In this document: positions 29,877 through 38,968 of the stretch, piece after piece
Layout: each line of letters starts with the position of its first letter
Position numbering within the stretch: the first letter of the stretch is position 1
Notes under the pieces: model-generated
What the model was told of the DNA's origin: nothing
Seen by the model: only the letters and a program-made list of their open reading frames with translations
The model's database searches: none
Assembly (NCBI GenBank): GCA_964475835.1
Contig: CAYYYL010000020.1
Coordinates: 1-49,097, forward strand
Reading direction: 5' to 3'
DNA from: an uncultured Verrucomicrobiota bacterium
GTDB lineage: Bacteria; Verrucomicrobiota; Verrucomicrobiia; JABWAM01
Length of the DNA: 49,097 nucleotides
Position numbers and translations under genes: made by a program

Positions 29877-30957
29877 CGTGGAGGGTTTGCGTCGGGAAGG
29901 CAAACTCCAGGCGCGCTTCATCGAAGCGACGTTTGATCTCCATGTGCAGCCGTCCCATCAAATCATTGAATTCAGACGACGTCTTGTAGGCAGCCCAAAA
30001 CACAATCTCCAGATCGAGAGAATAGGCTCCGAGCTGTTTGAGAAAAATCTGGTGGTCCCGTATGTTCTGCTGCCCGCGCATCACCTCCTCAAGAATCCGC
30101 ATGGCATGCCCCACTTGGTCGTGCGTGGTGGAATACGTCACCCCCACCGGCGTGGAGGTGCGCACTAGCCCGTTCCGGGAATAGTTCCGAATCTGCACCT
30201 CGGCCATTTTTTTATTCGGCACATGAATCGTCTCGCCTGAGATCGACCGGATCTCCGTACTTCGCAGCCCCACATCCGTTACAAAACCATCAAACGAATC
30301 AAAGTGAATCCGATCCCCCACGCGATAAAGCCGGTCCGCCACGACTTCCACCGTTCCGAGAATATTGGCGATCAACCCCTGCGCCGCCAGCCCGACCGCG
30401 ATGCCTCCAATCCCGAGTCCGGCGATGGCACCCGTGACCTTGAACCCAATGTTGTCCGCCGTGACAAGAGCCGCCACGATGATGATGAAAATACGAATTC
30501 CCTTCCTGAGAAAATTGATCAGGTGATCGTCCACCTCGCTCCGGGTCATCTGCCATTTTTTTCGAAGGCCAAAGAGTCCGAGCTCCACCATCTGGAGGAA
30601 TAGAATGGTCGAGGCAATGGCGATCAGGACGGTGATGGCGTATTGCGATTTCTCCCAGGCCCAGCCCGGAAGATGCAGGACGTCAATAGCACCCGTTTTC
30701 AGCACCAGGGCAAAGATCAGCAGGAACAAGGATCGCTCCAAGGCAGCGCTCACACGCACACTGGTATGGTGATCCGATTCAGGGGTGGCCTTCTCCAGCC
30801 ATCGAGCCACGGGAATGCGAATCAATCGCCCCAGAATGAATCCCGCGGATACAAAAGCCGCAAACTTCAGAATGTTTCCAAGCGGAGCTCCGAGGAACGT
30901 CGCCTGGTCCAGCCAGGCCAGATAGGAATCAAGGGCATGATCGACGTGTGCTTCCAT
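29851..30957 (-). CDS. Small-conductance mechanosensitive channel (MscS family)
   Basis: N-terminal TM helices, then the MscS pore/β-domain signature (…GIGGIAVGLAAQGLIANILG…VGDRIHFDSFDGFVTDVGLRSTEIRS…). Its 3' end overlaps the convergent GT4 by 26 nt. Confidence 0.8.
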   Translation of the reverse strand: MEAHVDHALDSYLAWLDQATFLGAPLGNILKFAAFVSAGFILGRLIRIPVARWLEKATPESDHHTSVRVSAALERSLFLLIFALVLKTGAIDVLHLPGWAWEKSQYAITVLIAIASTILFLQMVELGLFGLRKKWQMTRSEVDDHLINFLRKGIRIFIIIVAALVTADNIGFKVTGAIAGLGIGGIAVGLAAQGLIANILGTVEVVADRLYRVGDRIHFDSFDGFVTDVGLRSTEIRSISGETIHVPNKKMAEVQIRNYSRNGLVRTSTPVGVTYSTTHDQVGHAMRILEEVMRGQQNIRDHQIFLKQLGAYSLDLEIVFWAAYKTSSEFNDLMGRLHMEIKRRFDEARLEFAFPTQTLHVTQAATSK

Positions 30958-31004
30958 AACCTTTCAATCATGACAAACCACGGATCAAAAGCAAGATCAG
31001 GGGG

Positions 31005-31892
31005 TCAACCCCATCGACGCACCCAGACTGCAAGCAAGGCAAACACCGCCGCACATCCCCACAGAACAAGGACTGACTGTGTCCGGGACAAACCCCGACT
31101 CGAAAGAAGGTGGGATAGGTGATGCGTATCCGCCTGCCAGATGGGTTGATGTCTTCGAATACGTCCCAGGGTCACCTGAACCCCATCGATCAAAGGCACC
31201 GCCGAAAGAAGGACCGCGGAGAGGCAATGCCCCTGCATGCAGATATTAACCAAGCTCAATCCGAGAATACCCCCCAGAAAATGACTTCCCGAATCCCCTA
31301 GAAACACATGTCCCCGTGGAAAATTGAGAAGCAAAAATCCGACAAGCGCCCCCATCAACACCACCCCGTCGGGAAACGTATCGATATGAGGGAAATCCAT
31401 CACCAGGGCAATCCCCAGGGATAGAATCAGTGCAAGCCCCCCGCAGAGTCCGTTGCTGTTGTCGGTGAAGTTAAGCGTGTTTGTAAAAAACACCATCCAC
31501 AATCCGGTGAGAAGGAGCACATCCCACCCCGGCAATGAATGGATCACGCTGAATTTTCCGAATGCCCAAGCGATCGCCGCCCCCGCAAGACCCTGAAGTC
31601 CCAATTTCACGAATGGATGGAAACTGAACAGGTCGTCCAACAACCCGACAAGCCCCATCAAGGAAACCGCCCACCAAAGGGACCACGGAATCTTGAATTG
31701 AAAAAGGGTCATCACGGCGGTGACGGTGATCCAAATGGCCACCCCGCCCACGCGCGGGGTGGCGGCAGCATGAATTTTTCGGCGCGCGTCCGGGGCATCC
31801 ATCAATCGCAACTTTGGCGCCCATTTTGCCAGCAACCAGCAAAGCGATACCGAACCCACGAGGGAAAAGATGAATGGAAGACTTGAAGTCAT
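31005..31892 (-). CDS. Polyprenol-phosphate sugar-1-phosphate transferase (WecA/MraY-like, GT4 family membrane enzyme)
   Basis: Conserved motifs DDLFS and NFTDNSNGLCGGLALI (NxxNxxDGxDGL), with about 9-10 TM helices. Confidence 0.8.
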   Translation of the reverse strand: MTSSLPFIFSLVGSVSLCWLLAKWAPKLRLMDAPDARRKIHAAATPRVGGVAIWITVTAVMTLFQFKIPWSLWWAVSLMGLVGLLDDLFSFHPFVKLGLQGLAGAAIAWAFGKFSVIHSLPGWDVLLLTGLWMVFFTNTLNFTDNSNGLCGGLALILSLGIALVMDFPHIDTFPDGVVLMGALVGFLLLNFPRGHVFLGDSGSHFLGGILGLSLVNICMQGHCLSAVLLSAVPLIDGVQVTLGRIRRHQPIWQADTHHLSHLLSSRGLSRTQSVLVLWGCAAVFALLAVWVRRWG

Positions 31893-32036
31893 CTGACGTT
31901 GAAGATTTTTTTTTCTTCCGTTGGAGGGTGACGCTCCGTCGTCGCCACCTCCTCAATAAAGGCGACGACAGAGCGTCGCCCTCCATGTTTAAATCCAGTT
32001 TCCAAACCGGCACGGTTTCTACAAAACAAAGCCATT

Positions 32037-33200
32037 TTATCCATGAGTCACCCGAATCGGAACTGTTTTCCTGGGACGAAGCCCTTCTTCATAGACATGC
32101 ATGATTTGACGCTGCATGTGCTGGTGATCGAATCGTTTCTGGACGATGGCACGTGCGCGTTCGAGATCGATCGGGGGGATGTTACGCCGGAGCTGCTGGA
32201 TGGTTTCCAGAAGGGCGAGGCGATTTCCGGGTTCCACAAGCCACCCGGTCTTTCCGTGTTCAATGATCTCGGAAACCCCGCCCACGTCATAGGTGCAGAC
32301 CGGACGACGGGCAGCCATCGCCTGGGGAACAACCCTCGGCAGCCCCTCCCGCAACGAGAGATGAATCACCGCATCCATTTGAGCCAGTTCGTGGGGAATA
32401 TTCTCCGCGGACACACGTCCGGTGAAGGTCACTCGAGACAGCCACGCGGGCCGGGAGGCGAGCCATTTTTCCCATTCGATGCGTAGAGGGCCATCCCCCA
32501 CCACTCGCAACTGGATATCCGGCCACCGGGTGAAAATCTCAGGAGCCATCTTCATCAACTCCTCATGCCCCTTCAAAGGAAACATTCGCGCGATCATTCC
32601 CAGCACAAAGGAGCCGGCCCCGGAAGCGCGTGGCGGAACCGCAAGAAAGGGTTCGAGAGGAAATCCACTATAGATGGTGCGGTACTGGCCCGGCCGCCCC
32701 ATCCCCGCCTCGATGGCCCGATTCTGCATATTGTCACAAACGGCAATGATCCTGTCGACATTCTCAGCCGCAATTCGCTCCGTAAGACGATAAATCAGAT
32801 TTCGCCACCATTTCTGGTACTCATCAAATGCCAGTCCGTGGATGGTGTGGACGATGCACGGAACACGTGCCTCATGGGCGGCGATTCTCCCCAGAACGCC
32901 CGCCTTGGAACTGTGGGTGTGAACCACATCGTATCCCTGCTTCCCAAACAGGTGCTTCAACTGCTTGTACGCAAGGTAGTCATCATGCAGATCGATCTCA
33001 CGTTTCAGTTCCGGAACGATGTAGCACGGAATTCCAAGATCCATCGCCGCTGGAAGGAGGGATCCTTCCTGACCGGTCTCGGGGCCAGTCACCAGATGAA
33101 CCTCCCAATCCGTCATGTCCCGAATTCCCTGAAGAGTAAGGAGGGTGTTTTCCTGGGCCCCCCCGTGGATCATCCTGGTGATGACGTGGCAGATTTTCAC
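32037..33200 (-). CDS. Glycosyltransferase family 4
   Basis: N-terminal MKICHVITRMIHGGAQ. C-terminal ...GLPRVVPQAMAARRPVCTYDVGGVSEII (EX7E-like region). Confidence 0.8.
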   Translation of the reverse strand: MKICHVITRMIHGGAQENTLLTLQGIRDMTDWEVHLVTGPETGQEGSLLPAAMDLGIPCYIVPELKREIDLHDDYLAYKQLKHLFGKQGYDVVHTHSSKAGVLGRIAAHEARVPCIVHTIHGLAFDEYQKWWRNLIYRLTERIAAENVDRIIAVCDNMQNRAIEAGMGRPGQYRTIYSGFPLEPFLAVPPRASGAGSFVLGMIARMFPLKGHEELMKMAPEIFTRWPDIQLRVVGDGPLRIEWEKWLASRPAWLSRVTFTGRVSAENIPHELAQMDAVIHLSLREGLPRVVPQAMAARRPVCTYDVGGVSEIIEHGKTGWLVEPGNRLALLETIQQLRRNIPPIDLERARAIVQKRFDHQHMQRQIMHVYEEGLRPRKTVPIRVTHG

Positions 33201-33317
33201 ACAGGAGGTAACAGTGATCAGTTTCCAGTCATCAGCAAGTTAAAAAAGGCGCGAGGGCGCGATCCCATTCGAAATCGAATCGAAGGAAGACTCCTTCTGA
33301 CAACTGAAAACCGGAAA

Positions 33318-33650
33318 CTACTTTGTCGGTACCAAAGTATGAAACAGGTTCGCGTGACGATCCGGAATATCCGTCAGGAGAAGATCCACCTGGAACTGTC
33401 CCTTTTTCTGAGGCCGGCATTCCACAATGATCCCGCGACACTGCACCGCCTTGGAACGGCTGCCCTTTTTACTGGGCACTTGAACTTTGAGACCGACTTC
33501 CGTCATGGGCTTGAACTGCCATGCGGATGGCACGGTAATAACCGAGCGATTGACTTTCAGGGTCTGGGGCTTGAATCGAGCCTTGTCCGATCCAAAATGG
33601 ACAAGAATCGAATCAAACACTCCGGAGGAATCTTTTTTTGCGGCTTTCAT
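33318..33650 (-). CDS. Hypothetical protein (small beta-rich; PilZ-like fold not demonstrable)
   Basis: 110-aa ORF with plausible composition, divergent from the CZB gene. No diagnostic motif was recognised. Confidence 0.35.
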   Translation of the reverse strand: MKAAKKDSSGVFDSILVHFGSDKARFKPQTLKVNRSVITVPSAWQFKPMTEVGLKVQVPSKKGSRSKAVQCRGIIVECRPQKKGQFQVDLLLTDIPDRHANLFHTLVPTK

Positions 33651-33819
33651 GGGACATTTTACTAAAGAAACATACCATACTAGTACGCACTGTCAAATGC
33701 CCCCCCGGCAGACCTTTTGTAACTCCAAGAACAGGAAGGGTTAACAATTTAAGGAAAAATTTATTTTGCTGTTAGTCTGATCTTTCGTCAAAAGAGACCA
33801 GCCTTTAGAAGGAGACACC

Positions 33820-34173
33820 ATGGACCTGAACCAGGCGCTTCAACATCATTCCGAATGGAAGATGAAATTTCGTTCAGCCATTTCTCAAAAGAAGACCCTG
33901 GATGCCTCCATTATTGAAAAGGACGATTGCTGTGAACTTGGAAAATGGCTGCATGGTGACGGGAAATCCAAATATTCCCACCTGGCCAGCTTTTCGGATT
34001 GTGTAGCCAAACACGCAGCATTTCATCGGGAAGCCGGCATGGTCGCCGGGCTCATCAATTCGGAAAATTTTTCCGAAGCTGAAACCATGGTCAATTCGAG
34101 TTCAAGCTTCACCTCCGCCTCCAACGATGTGGCCATGGCCATCATCCTCCTCAAAAAGGAAGCGAACCTTTAG
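33820..34173 (+). CDS. Standalone CZB (chemoreceptor zinc-binding) domain protein
   Basis: Fits the CZB signature Hxx[W]-x24-Cx[L]Gx[W]-x21-HxxxH: HSEW...CELGKW...HAAFH. Strong RBS GAAGGAGAcaccATG. Confidence 0.7.
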   Translation: MDLNQALQHHSEWKMKFRSAISQKKTLDASIIEKDDCCELGKWLHGDGKSKYSHLASFSDCVAKHAAFHREAGMVAGLINSENFSEAETMVNSSSSFTSASNDVAMAIILLKKEANL

Positions 34174-34220
34174 CAAACCGGGCTAAAATTGAACCCGACC
34201 GTCGGGACGGGCGAGAAGAT

Positions 34221-35264
34221 TTACCACTCCAGAATCGTGGCGCCCCAGGTCAGACCCGCTCCGAACGCGATCACCAGAATCTTGTCCCCGCGCTTGAACC
34301 GGCCGTCGCGATGGCCCTCATCCAGGGCGACTGCCGCGGAGGCTGCGGACATGTTTCCGTAGCGGTGGAGGTTGATGTAAAATTTTTCGATGGGAACTTC
34401 GAGACGTTCCGCAAGCCCCTCGATGATCCGCATGTTTGCCTGATGGGGGATGATGCAGACAAGATCCCCGGCCTTCAAACCGGCCGATTCAAGCGCTGCG
34501 TTGGCTGCCTGTTGCATCGCAAGAATGGCATGCTTGTAGACCTCGCGTCCGGACATCTTCAGGAAGTGCATCCCGGAGTTCACACTCTCCACCGTGGACG
34601 GGGTTTTGGCTCCACCGCCCGGCATGCAGAGAAGTTCCCCGTGTTTGCCATTCGATCCAAGGGACGCGGAGAGGATGCCTTTGCTGTCAGGGCGATGCTG
34701 AAGCACGGCGGCACCTGCCCCATCTCCAAAGAGGACGCAGGTATTGCGATCCTTCCAATCCACAATGGAGGAAAGCTTTTCAGCAGCGACCACAAGCACG
34801 GTCTGATAGGTGCCGGACATCACGAACTGACGGGCTATTTCGATGGCGAAGATGAATCCGGAGCACGCGGCTTCGATATCAAAACAGGCCGCGCGTTGAG
34901 CCCCGATCTTTGCCTGCACGAGCGCTGCGGTGCAGGGAAAGGGCATGTCCGGCGTGATGGTGGCACAGACGATCAAATCGATATCCGCAGCGGTGACCCC
35001 GGCGCTCTCCATGGCACGACGGGCCGCACCCGCACCCAGATCAGAGGTGCATTCCGCGGCGGCGGCGATGCGTCGCTCGCGAATTCCGGTGCGTGTGGTG
35101 ATCCATTCATCGCTCGTTTCCACCATTTTTTCAAGATCCCCATTGGAAAGAATCTTTTCGGGCAGATAGGAACCCGTACCGACGATCGAAACCGTACGCA
35201 GACCGGTGGATTGGGGGGACTTGACTGCAGCCCTTGGCTGCGTCTGGGACGCGGTGGGGGACAT
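34221..35264 (-). CDS. fabH: Beta-ketoacyl-ACP synthase III
   Basis: GTGSYLP near the N-terminus. Active-site Cys in ...FDIEAACSGFIFA. C-terminal ...GAGLTWGA. The start is set at the ATG 4 nt after the plsX stop. Confidence 0.9.
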   Translation of the reverse strand: MSPTASQTQPRAAVKSPQSTGLRTVSIVGTGSYLPEKILSNGDLEKMVETSDEWITTRTGIRERRIAAAAECTSDLGAGAARRAMESAGVTAADIDLIVCATITPDMPFPCTAALVQAKIGAQRAACFDIEAACSGFIFAIEIARQFVMSGTYQTVLVVAAEKLSSIVDWKDRNTCVLFGDGAGAAVLQHRPDSKGILSASLGSNGKHGELLCMPGGGAKTPSTVESVNSGMHFLKMSGREVYKHAILAMQQAANAALESAGLKAGDLVCIIPHQANMRIIEGLAERLEVPIEKFYINLHRYGNMSAASAAVALDEGHRDGRFKRGDKILVIAFGAGLTWGATILEW

Positions 35265-35268
35265 CGGA

Positions 35269-36288
35269 TTATGCCTTGGCGAGCACCCGTTCGTTGTTGA
35301 TCCGAACCTCATCAACAATGTGGTGGGTCAGTTCATTGTTCACGGATTCACGCGCCACACGGATCGCGTTGCAGATCGCCTTCGGGGAACTTGCGCCATG
35401 CGCAATGATGCACACTCCATTGATCCCCAGAAGAGGCGCTCCCCCGTATTCCGCATAGTCGGTCTTGCGACGGATGGCGCGGAAGGCATTCTGGGCAAGA
35501 AATCCACCCGCCTTGCGAACCGGCGTCCGGGTAAGTTCCGTTTTCAACCACCGGAACAACCCACTCGCCAGACTCTCCGCAGTCTTCAATATCACATTCC
35601 CCACAAACCCATCGCACACCACCACCTCCACCTTGCCTTCGAAGGTGTCGTGCCCCTCCACGTTGCCGACAAAATTCAGATTCGAGGCTTCCAGAAGTTT
35701 GAACGTCTCCTTGGTCAGGTCATTCCCCTTCACATCCTCCTCCCCAATACTCATGAGACCCACCCGCGGGTTCTCGTATCCCAGGACGTACTTAGAGTAG
35801 AGGCTGCCCATGATGCCGTAGTGTAGTAGGTGATTGGGACGGGAATCGATGTTCGCACCGGCATCGATCAGGACAAAAAGGTTGTGCTCGGTGGGCATCA
35901 CGGTGGCAATGCCGGGTCGCTCCACCCCCTCAACAGGACGCAGTTTCAAGGTGGTGGCGGCCACCGCAGCGCCGGTATGGCCTGCGGAAACGATGGCATC
36001 GGCAACGCCCTCCTTCACCAGATCCACGGCGCGGCTGATGGAGGAATCCTTCTTGCGACGAACCCCCTCCACGGCGGAATCCGACATTTCCACAATCTGA
36101 GTGGTATGAACGAATTTGATCCGCGGATCGATGGGTCCGTGTCGCTGCACCTCGGCCCGGACGGCGACCTCGTCCCCCAAAAGGAAGAGCTCCTGAACGT
36201 CCTCGTATTTTCGCAGTGCCAGGACGGCACCCTCGGCCACCGCTGCGGGGGCGAAATCACCCCCCATGGCATCCACTGCGATTTTCAT
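35269..36288 (-). CDS. plsX: Phosphate acyltransferase
   Basis: MKIAVDAMGGDFAP N-terminus with a full-length collinear PlsX pattern. Confidence 0.9.
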   Translation of the reverse strand: MKIAVDAMGGDFAPAAVAEGAVLALRKYEDVQELFLLGDEVAVRAEVQRHGPIDPRIKFVHTTQIVEMSDSAVEGVRRKKDSSISRAVDLVKEGVADAIVSAGHTGAAVAATTLKLRPVEGVERPGIATVMPTEHNLFVLIDAGANIDSRPNHLLHYGIMGSLYSKYVLGYENPRVGLMSIGEEDVKGNDLTKETFKLLEASNLNFVGNVEGHDTFEGKVEVVVCDGFVGNVILKTAESLASGLFRWLKTELTRTPVRKAGGFLAQNAFRAIRRKTDYAEYGGAPLLGINGVCIIAHGASSPKAICNAIRVARESVNNELTHHIVDEVRINNERVLAKA

Positions 36289-36569
36289 CTTAGAGTGTGT
36301 TTAATCATTCGAATGGGTCGCGCGCAAACGCCCGTTTTTGTCGATTCCAAGGCGGCGAGGCAGGAGAATCCCCAAAGAGGGCTTTGACTGCCGAGCCAAC
36401 ACTGGAATCGGCAAAAACGGGGAGCGCCCGAAGGGTTGCGTCACTTTTGGCCATCGGCGGCGTTGCGGCCACGGGCCGATATCGTTGCAGATATACGGCC
36501 CGTGCCCACACCTTGCCTGCTGGCAAAAATCGACCGCAACGCGGCCCATTGGAATTCTTAAGCACGCTC

Positions 36570-36752
36570 TTACTTGAGTTCGACGGTCACGATTTGGCGG
36601 CCCTTATAGTAGCCGCAAGCGGGACAAACCCGGTGTGGCATGCAGGCACCGCCACAATTTGAACATACGTTCAGTTGCGGAGCATGATAACGGTTCGCCG
36701 AACGGCGTGTCCGGTAACGTGCTTTCGAAACTTTTCTCTTGGGTACTCCCAT
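36570..36752 (-). CDS. rpmF: 50S ribosomal protein L32
   Basis: MGVPKRKVSKARYRTRR... with a C4 zinc-binding CxxC...CxxC. Confidence 0.9.
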   Translation of the reverse strand: MGVPKRKVSKARYRTRRSANRYHAPQLNVCSNCGGACMPHRVCPACGYYKGRQIVTVELK

Positions 36753-36816
36753 GGCTGTCTCCTCAAATTACAAAGGTTCGCCAAAAACAGTTTCCGCTGC
36801 TTTCAGTGAACCTGAA

Positions 36817-37248
36817 TTACTTCAGTTTAAGTTTATCTAGCTTCCCCCAAACCCCGCTTCCTGCCTCCAAATCCTTCTTCTGGGCTGCGGTCAGGGGTTT
36901 CGCTTGGGGCGAAACCGGGTTTGACGGAAGAAGGAGGAGAATATCTTCACGGATTTCAGGTGTCAAGTCCACCTCGTCGCCGGGGATCTCTTCGACCAGG
37001 GTCTCAAAGTCCTCCACCACTAGGGGAATCTCGAACCATTCGAGAGTGCGGACACAACGCGCCTTCGTGATAGTCTCCAAACGCCCTCGTACCAACAACT
37101 TGCGCTCATCCACCCAAAGAAGGTCCAGCTTGTAGCGCACGGGTTGCTCGAACCGGAAAAGGGGATCCGTCACATCAAACATGGAGGGCGAATCCTCGCC
37201 TTCCACATGAAAACCTTCCTCAGGAATCTTGTGAACTTTGATTTTCAT
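36817..37248 (-). CDS. yceD: YceD/DUF177-family protein
   Basis: 143-aa acidic protein immediately upstream of rpmF in the conserved yceD-rpmF-plsX-fabH order. It overlaps the coaD stop. Confidence 0.65.
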   Translation of the reverse strand: MKIKVHKIPEEGFHVEGEDSPSMFDVTDPLFRFEQPVRYKLDLLWVDERKLLVRGRLETITKARCVRTLEWFEIPLVVEDFETLVEEIPGDEVDLTPEIREDILLLLPSNPVSPQAKPLTAAQKKDLEAGSGVWGKLDKLKLK

Positions 37249-37733
37249 GATGCTTTCGCGTATCGGCCTTTCAGACTCGCTTCGATGGGAGCCGGCACAA
37301 AGGAGCTGATGTCACCTCCCAGAAAGGCAATGCGCTTGATGATGCGTGAACTCAGGTAGCTGTAGGAATCCTTCGGCATCAGGAAGATAGTTTCCACCTG
37401 GGGGGCAAGGGTGCGATTCATCAGGGCCATCTGAAATTCGAGTTCAAAATCTGAAACCGCCCGAAGCCCCCGCACAATAACCCGCGCATTCTTCGCCTTC
37501 ACATAATCGACGAGAAGTGTCTGAAATTCATCCACTTCCACATTGGGGAGATGCTTCACCGCCTGCCGGGCAAGCTCCATTCTTTCAGGGATGGTGAAAA
37601 GAGAGTCCTTATCCGTGTGGTGGGCCACCGCCAGGATGACTTTGGAGAACAACTGCGCTGCACGCTCCAAGACATCGAGATGTCCATTTGTCAGCGGATC
37701 AAAGCTCCCCGGATAGATGGCCGTATGAGGCAT
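37245..37733 (-). CDS. coaD: Phosphopantetheine adenylyltransferase
   Basis: AIYPGSFDPLTNGHLD (the HxGH nucleotidyltransferase motif) with a full-length match. Confidence 0.9.
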   Translation of the reverse strand: MPHTAIYPGSFDPLTNGHLDVLERAAQLFSKVILAVAHHTDKDSLFTIPERMELARQAVKHLPNVEVDEFQTLLVDYVKAKNARVIVRGLRAVSDFELEFQMALMNRTLAPQVETIFLMPKDSYSYLSSRIIKRIAFLGGDISSFVPAPIEASLKGRYAKAS

Positions 37734-37831
37734 TTCAACACCCTACCATGAGGGAACAGGCATGCCGAGATCAAAATCGTCCTCAAACTTTGACCTTTGA
37801 CCTTCTCAAAACATCTGCTTAATCTCCTTTT

Positions 37832-38359
37832 GTGCGTCATTTTTTCCTTATCGCATTTTTGGGATGCCTGCTGATTCCCGCTTGGGCTGAGATCCAGCCG
37901 GAATCGGAGTCATCCTCCGACTATGTGATCGCCAAGGTGAACCATGAGTTCATTGATAAAGACGGCTACACCACCCTCGAAATCGGGGATCTGGTCCGAA
38001 AAGCCCGTTATCAGGGAAAAATCGAATCCGATCGGGACATCCAAGGGATGCGGTTTGTGGTTCACTGGAAGGCCCCCTCCTCCCGTCGCCCCCAATTTAC
38101 GGTTCAGGTTCAGGCCCGTGGCGTCGACTTCGAAACCAACGAGGAAACCCTGGTCACCGTACAGCAACACTACACCCAAACCCCCAATTTCAGCGGCTGG
38201 ACCTTCCTCGACATCAAGGGAAGGGACTTCAAGCGCCTCGGTAAGTTGATGGCCTGGAAGGCCACCCTGCTTCAGAATTACAAGGTTGTCGCCAGTCGAC
38301 ACTCTTTTACATGGGATGACACCATCCTGACATCCCAGCATCCGAACGAAACCAAATGA
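37832..38359 (+). CDS. Secreted hypothetical protein
   Basis: GTG start followed by a signal peptide (MRHFFLIAFLGCLLIPAWA|EIQ). No recognised domain. Confidence 0.5.
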   Translation: MRHFFLIAFLGCLLIPAWAEIQPESESSSDYVIAKVNHEFIDKDGYTTLEIGDLVRKARYQGKIESDRDIQGMRFVVHWKAPSSRRPQFTVQVQARGVDFETNEETLVTVQQHYTQTPNFSGWTFLDIKGRDFKRLGKLMAWKATLLQNYKVVASRHSFTWDDTILTSQHPNETK

Positions 38360-38393
38360 TCTCTTCAGGACGGGATCGAACAAGGAAATCCAT

Positions 38394-38597
38394 ATGGCCT
38401 TTAGTGTGATGAGCAAGAAGTCAAACAAACCCTACTACCTTCACGCCCGGGAAACCCCTCTCGCAGGTGGCAAGGTTCGCCGCATTTTCTTTTTTGCCGG
38501 TGAAGTGAAGGACGGCGCCCTCGACGCGCTCCCTCCCGGTTACGAGGTGTTCGAAAACGAACGCACCGGTCTGCCCATGCTCCGCGGCAAGAAATAG
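38394..38597 (+). CDS. Small hypothetical protein (67 aa)
   Basis: ORF located between the secreted protein gene and a strong intrinsic terminator. No motif recognised. Confidence 0.3.
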   Translation: MAFSVMSKKSNKPYYLHARETPLAGGKVRRIFFFAGEVKDGALDALPPGYEVFENERTGLPMLRGKK

Positions 38598-38634
38598 TCC
38601 GAACCCAGCTTTGGGCTTTAAAGCCCACGACATG

Positions 38635-38708
38635 CGGCATTCCTGATTGCCTGATTTCCCGGCCCAGTCTGGAATTCAGGCAACCAGGAATGCCGTTTTG
38701 CTTTTTGG
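38635..38708 (+). terminator. Strong intrinsic terminator (20-bp stem, 1 mismatch, 21-nt loop) followed by TTTTGCTTTTTGG
   Basis: CGGCATTCCTGATTGCCTGA pairs with TCAGGCAACCAGGAATGCCG; a T-run follows. Confidence 0.7.
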
Positions 38709-38764
38709 CATGAGTCGAGAAGGAATAAACCTCCCCTAACCCCTCCTTTGCAGGAGGGGGATCG

Positions 38765-38885
38765 GAGAGATCCTTCGTCGCTTTCGCTCCTCAGAATGAC
38801 ACCAGAGGACGATCTTATGAATCTGAGCAGCTTCTACCCAAGCTTGTCATTCTGAGCCTGAGCGGAGTGAAGGCGAAGAATCTCG
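38765..38885. repeat. Extragenic palindromic element, family A, longer copy
   Basis: Left arm ...CCTTCGTCGCTTTCGCTCCTCAGAATGAC. Right arm GTCATTCTGAGCCTGAGCGGAGTGAAGGCGAAGAATCTC. Shares GTCATTCTGAGC...CGAAGAATCTC with the 5.5-kb copy. Confidence 0.55.
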
Positions 38886-38889
38886 CCCC

Positions 38890-38915
38890 CCCTCCTGAAA
38901 AGGAGGGTTTTGGGG
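38890..38915 (+). terminator. Short hairpin CCCTCC-tgaaaa-GGAGGG followed by TTTTGGGG
   Basis: GC stem plus T-run. Sits at the 3' end of recD2 (opposite strand), so the orientation assignment is uncertain. Confidence 0.35.
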
Positions 38916-38968
38916 AGGTTAATTCCTTGTCCTCCGAAGCCTTGGCGAAGGAGGATGTCTCCCCTTTC

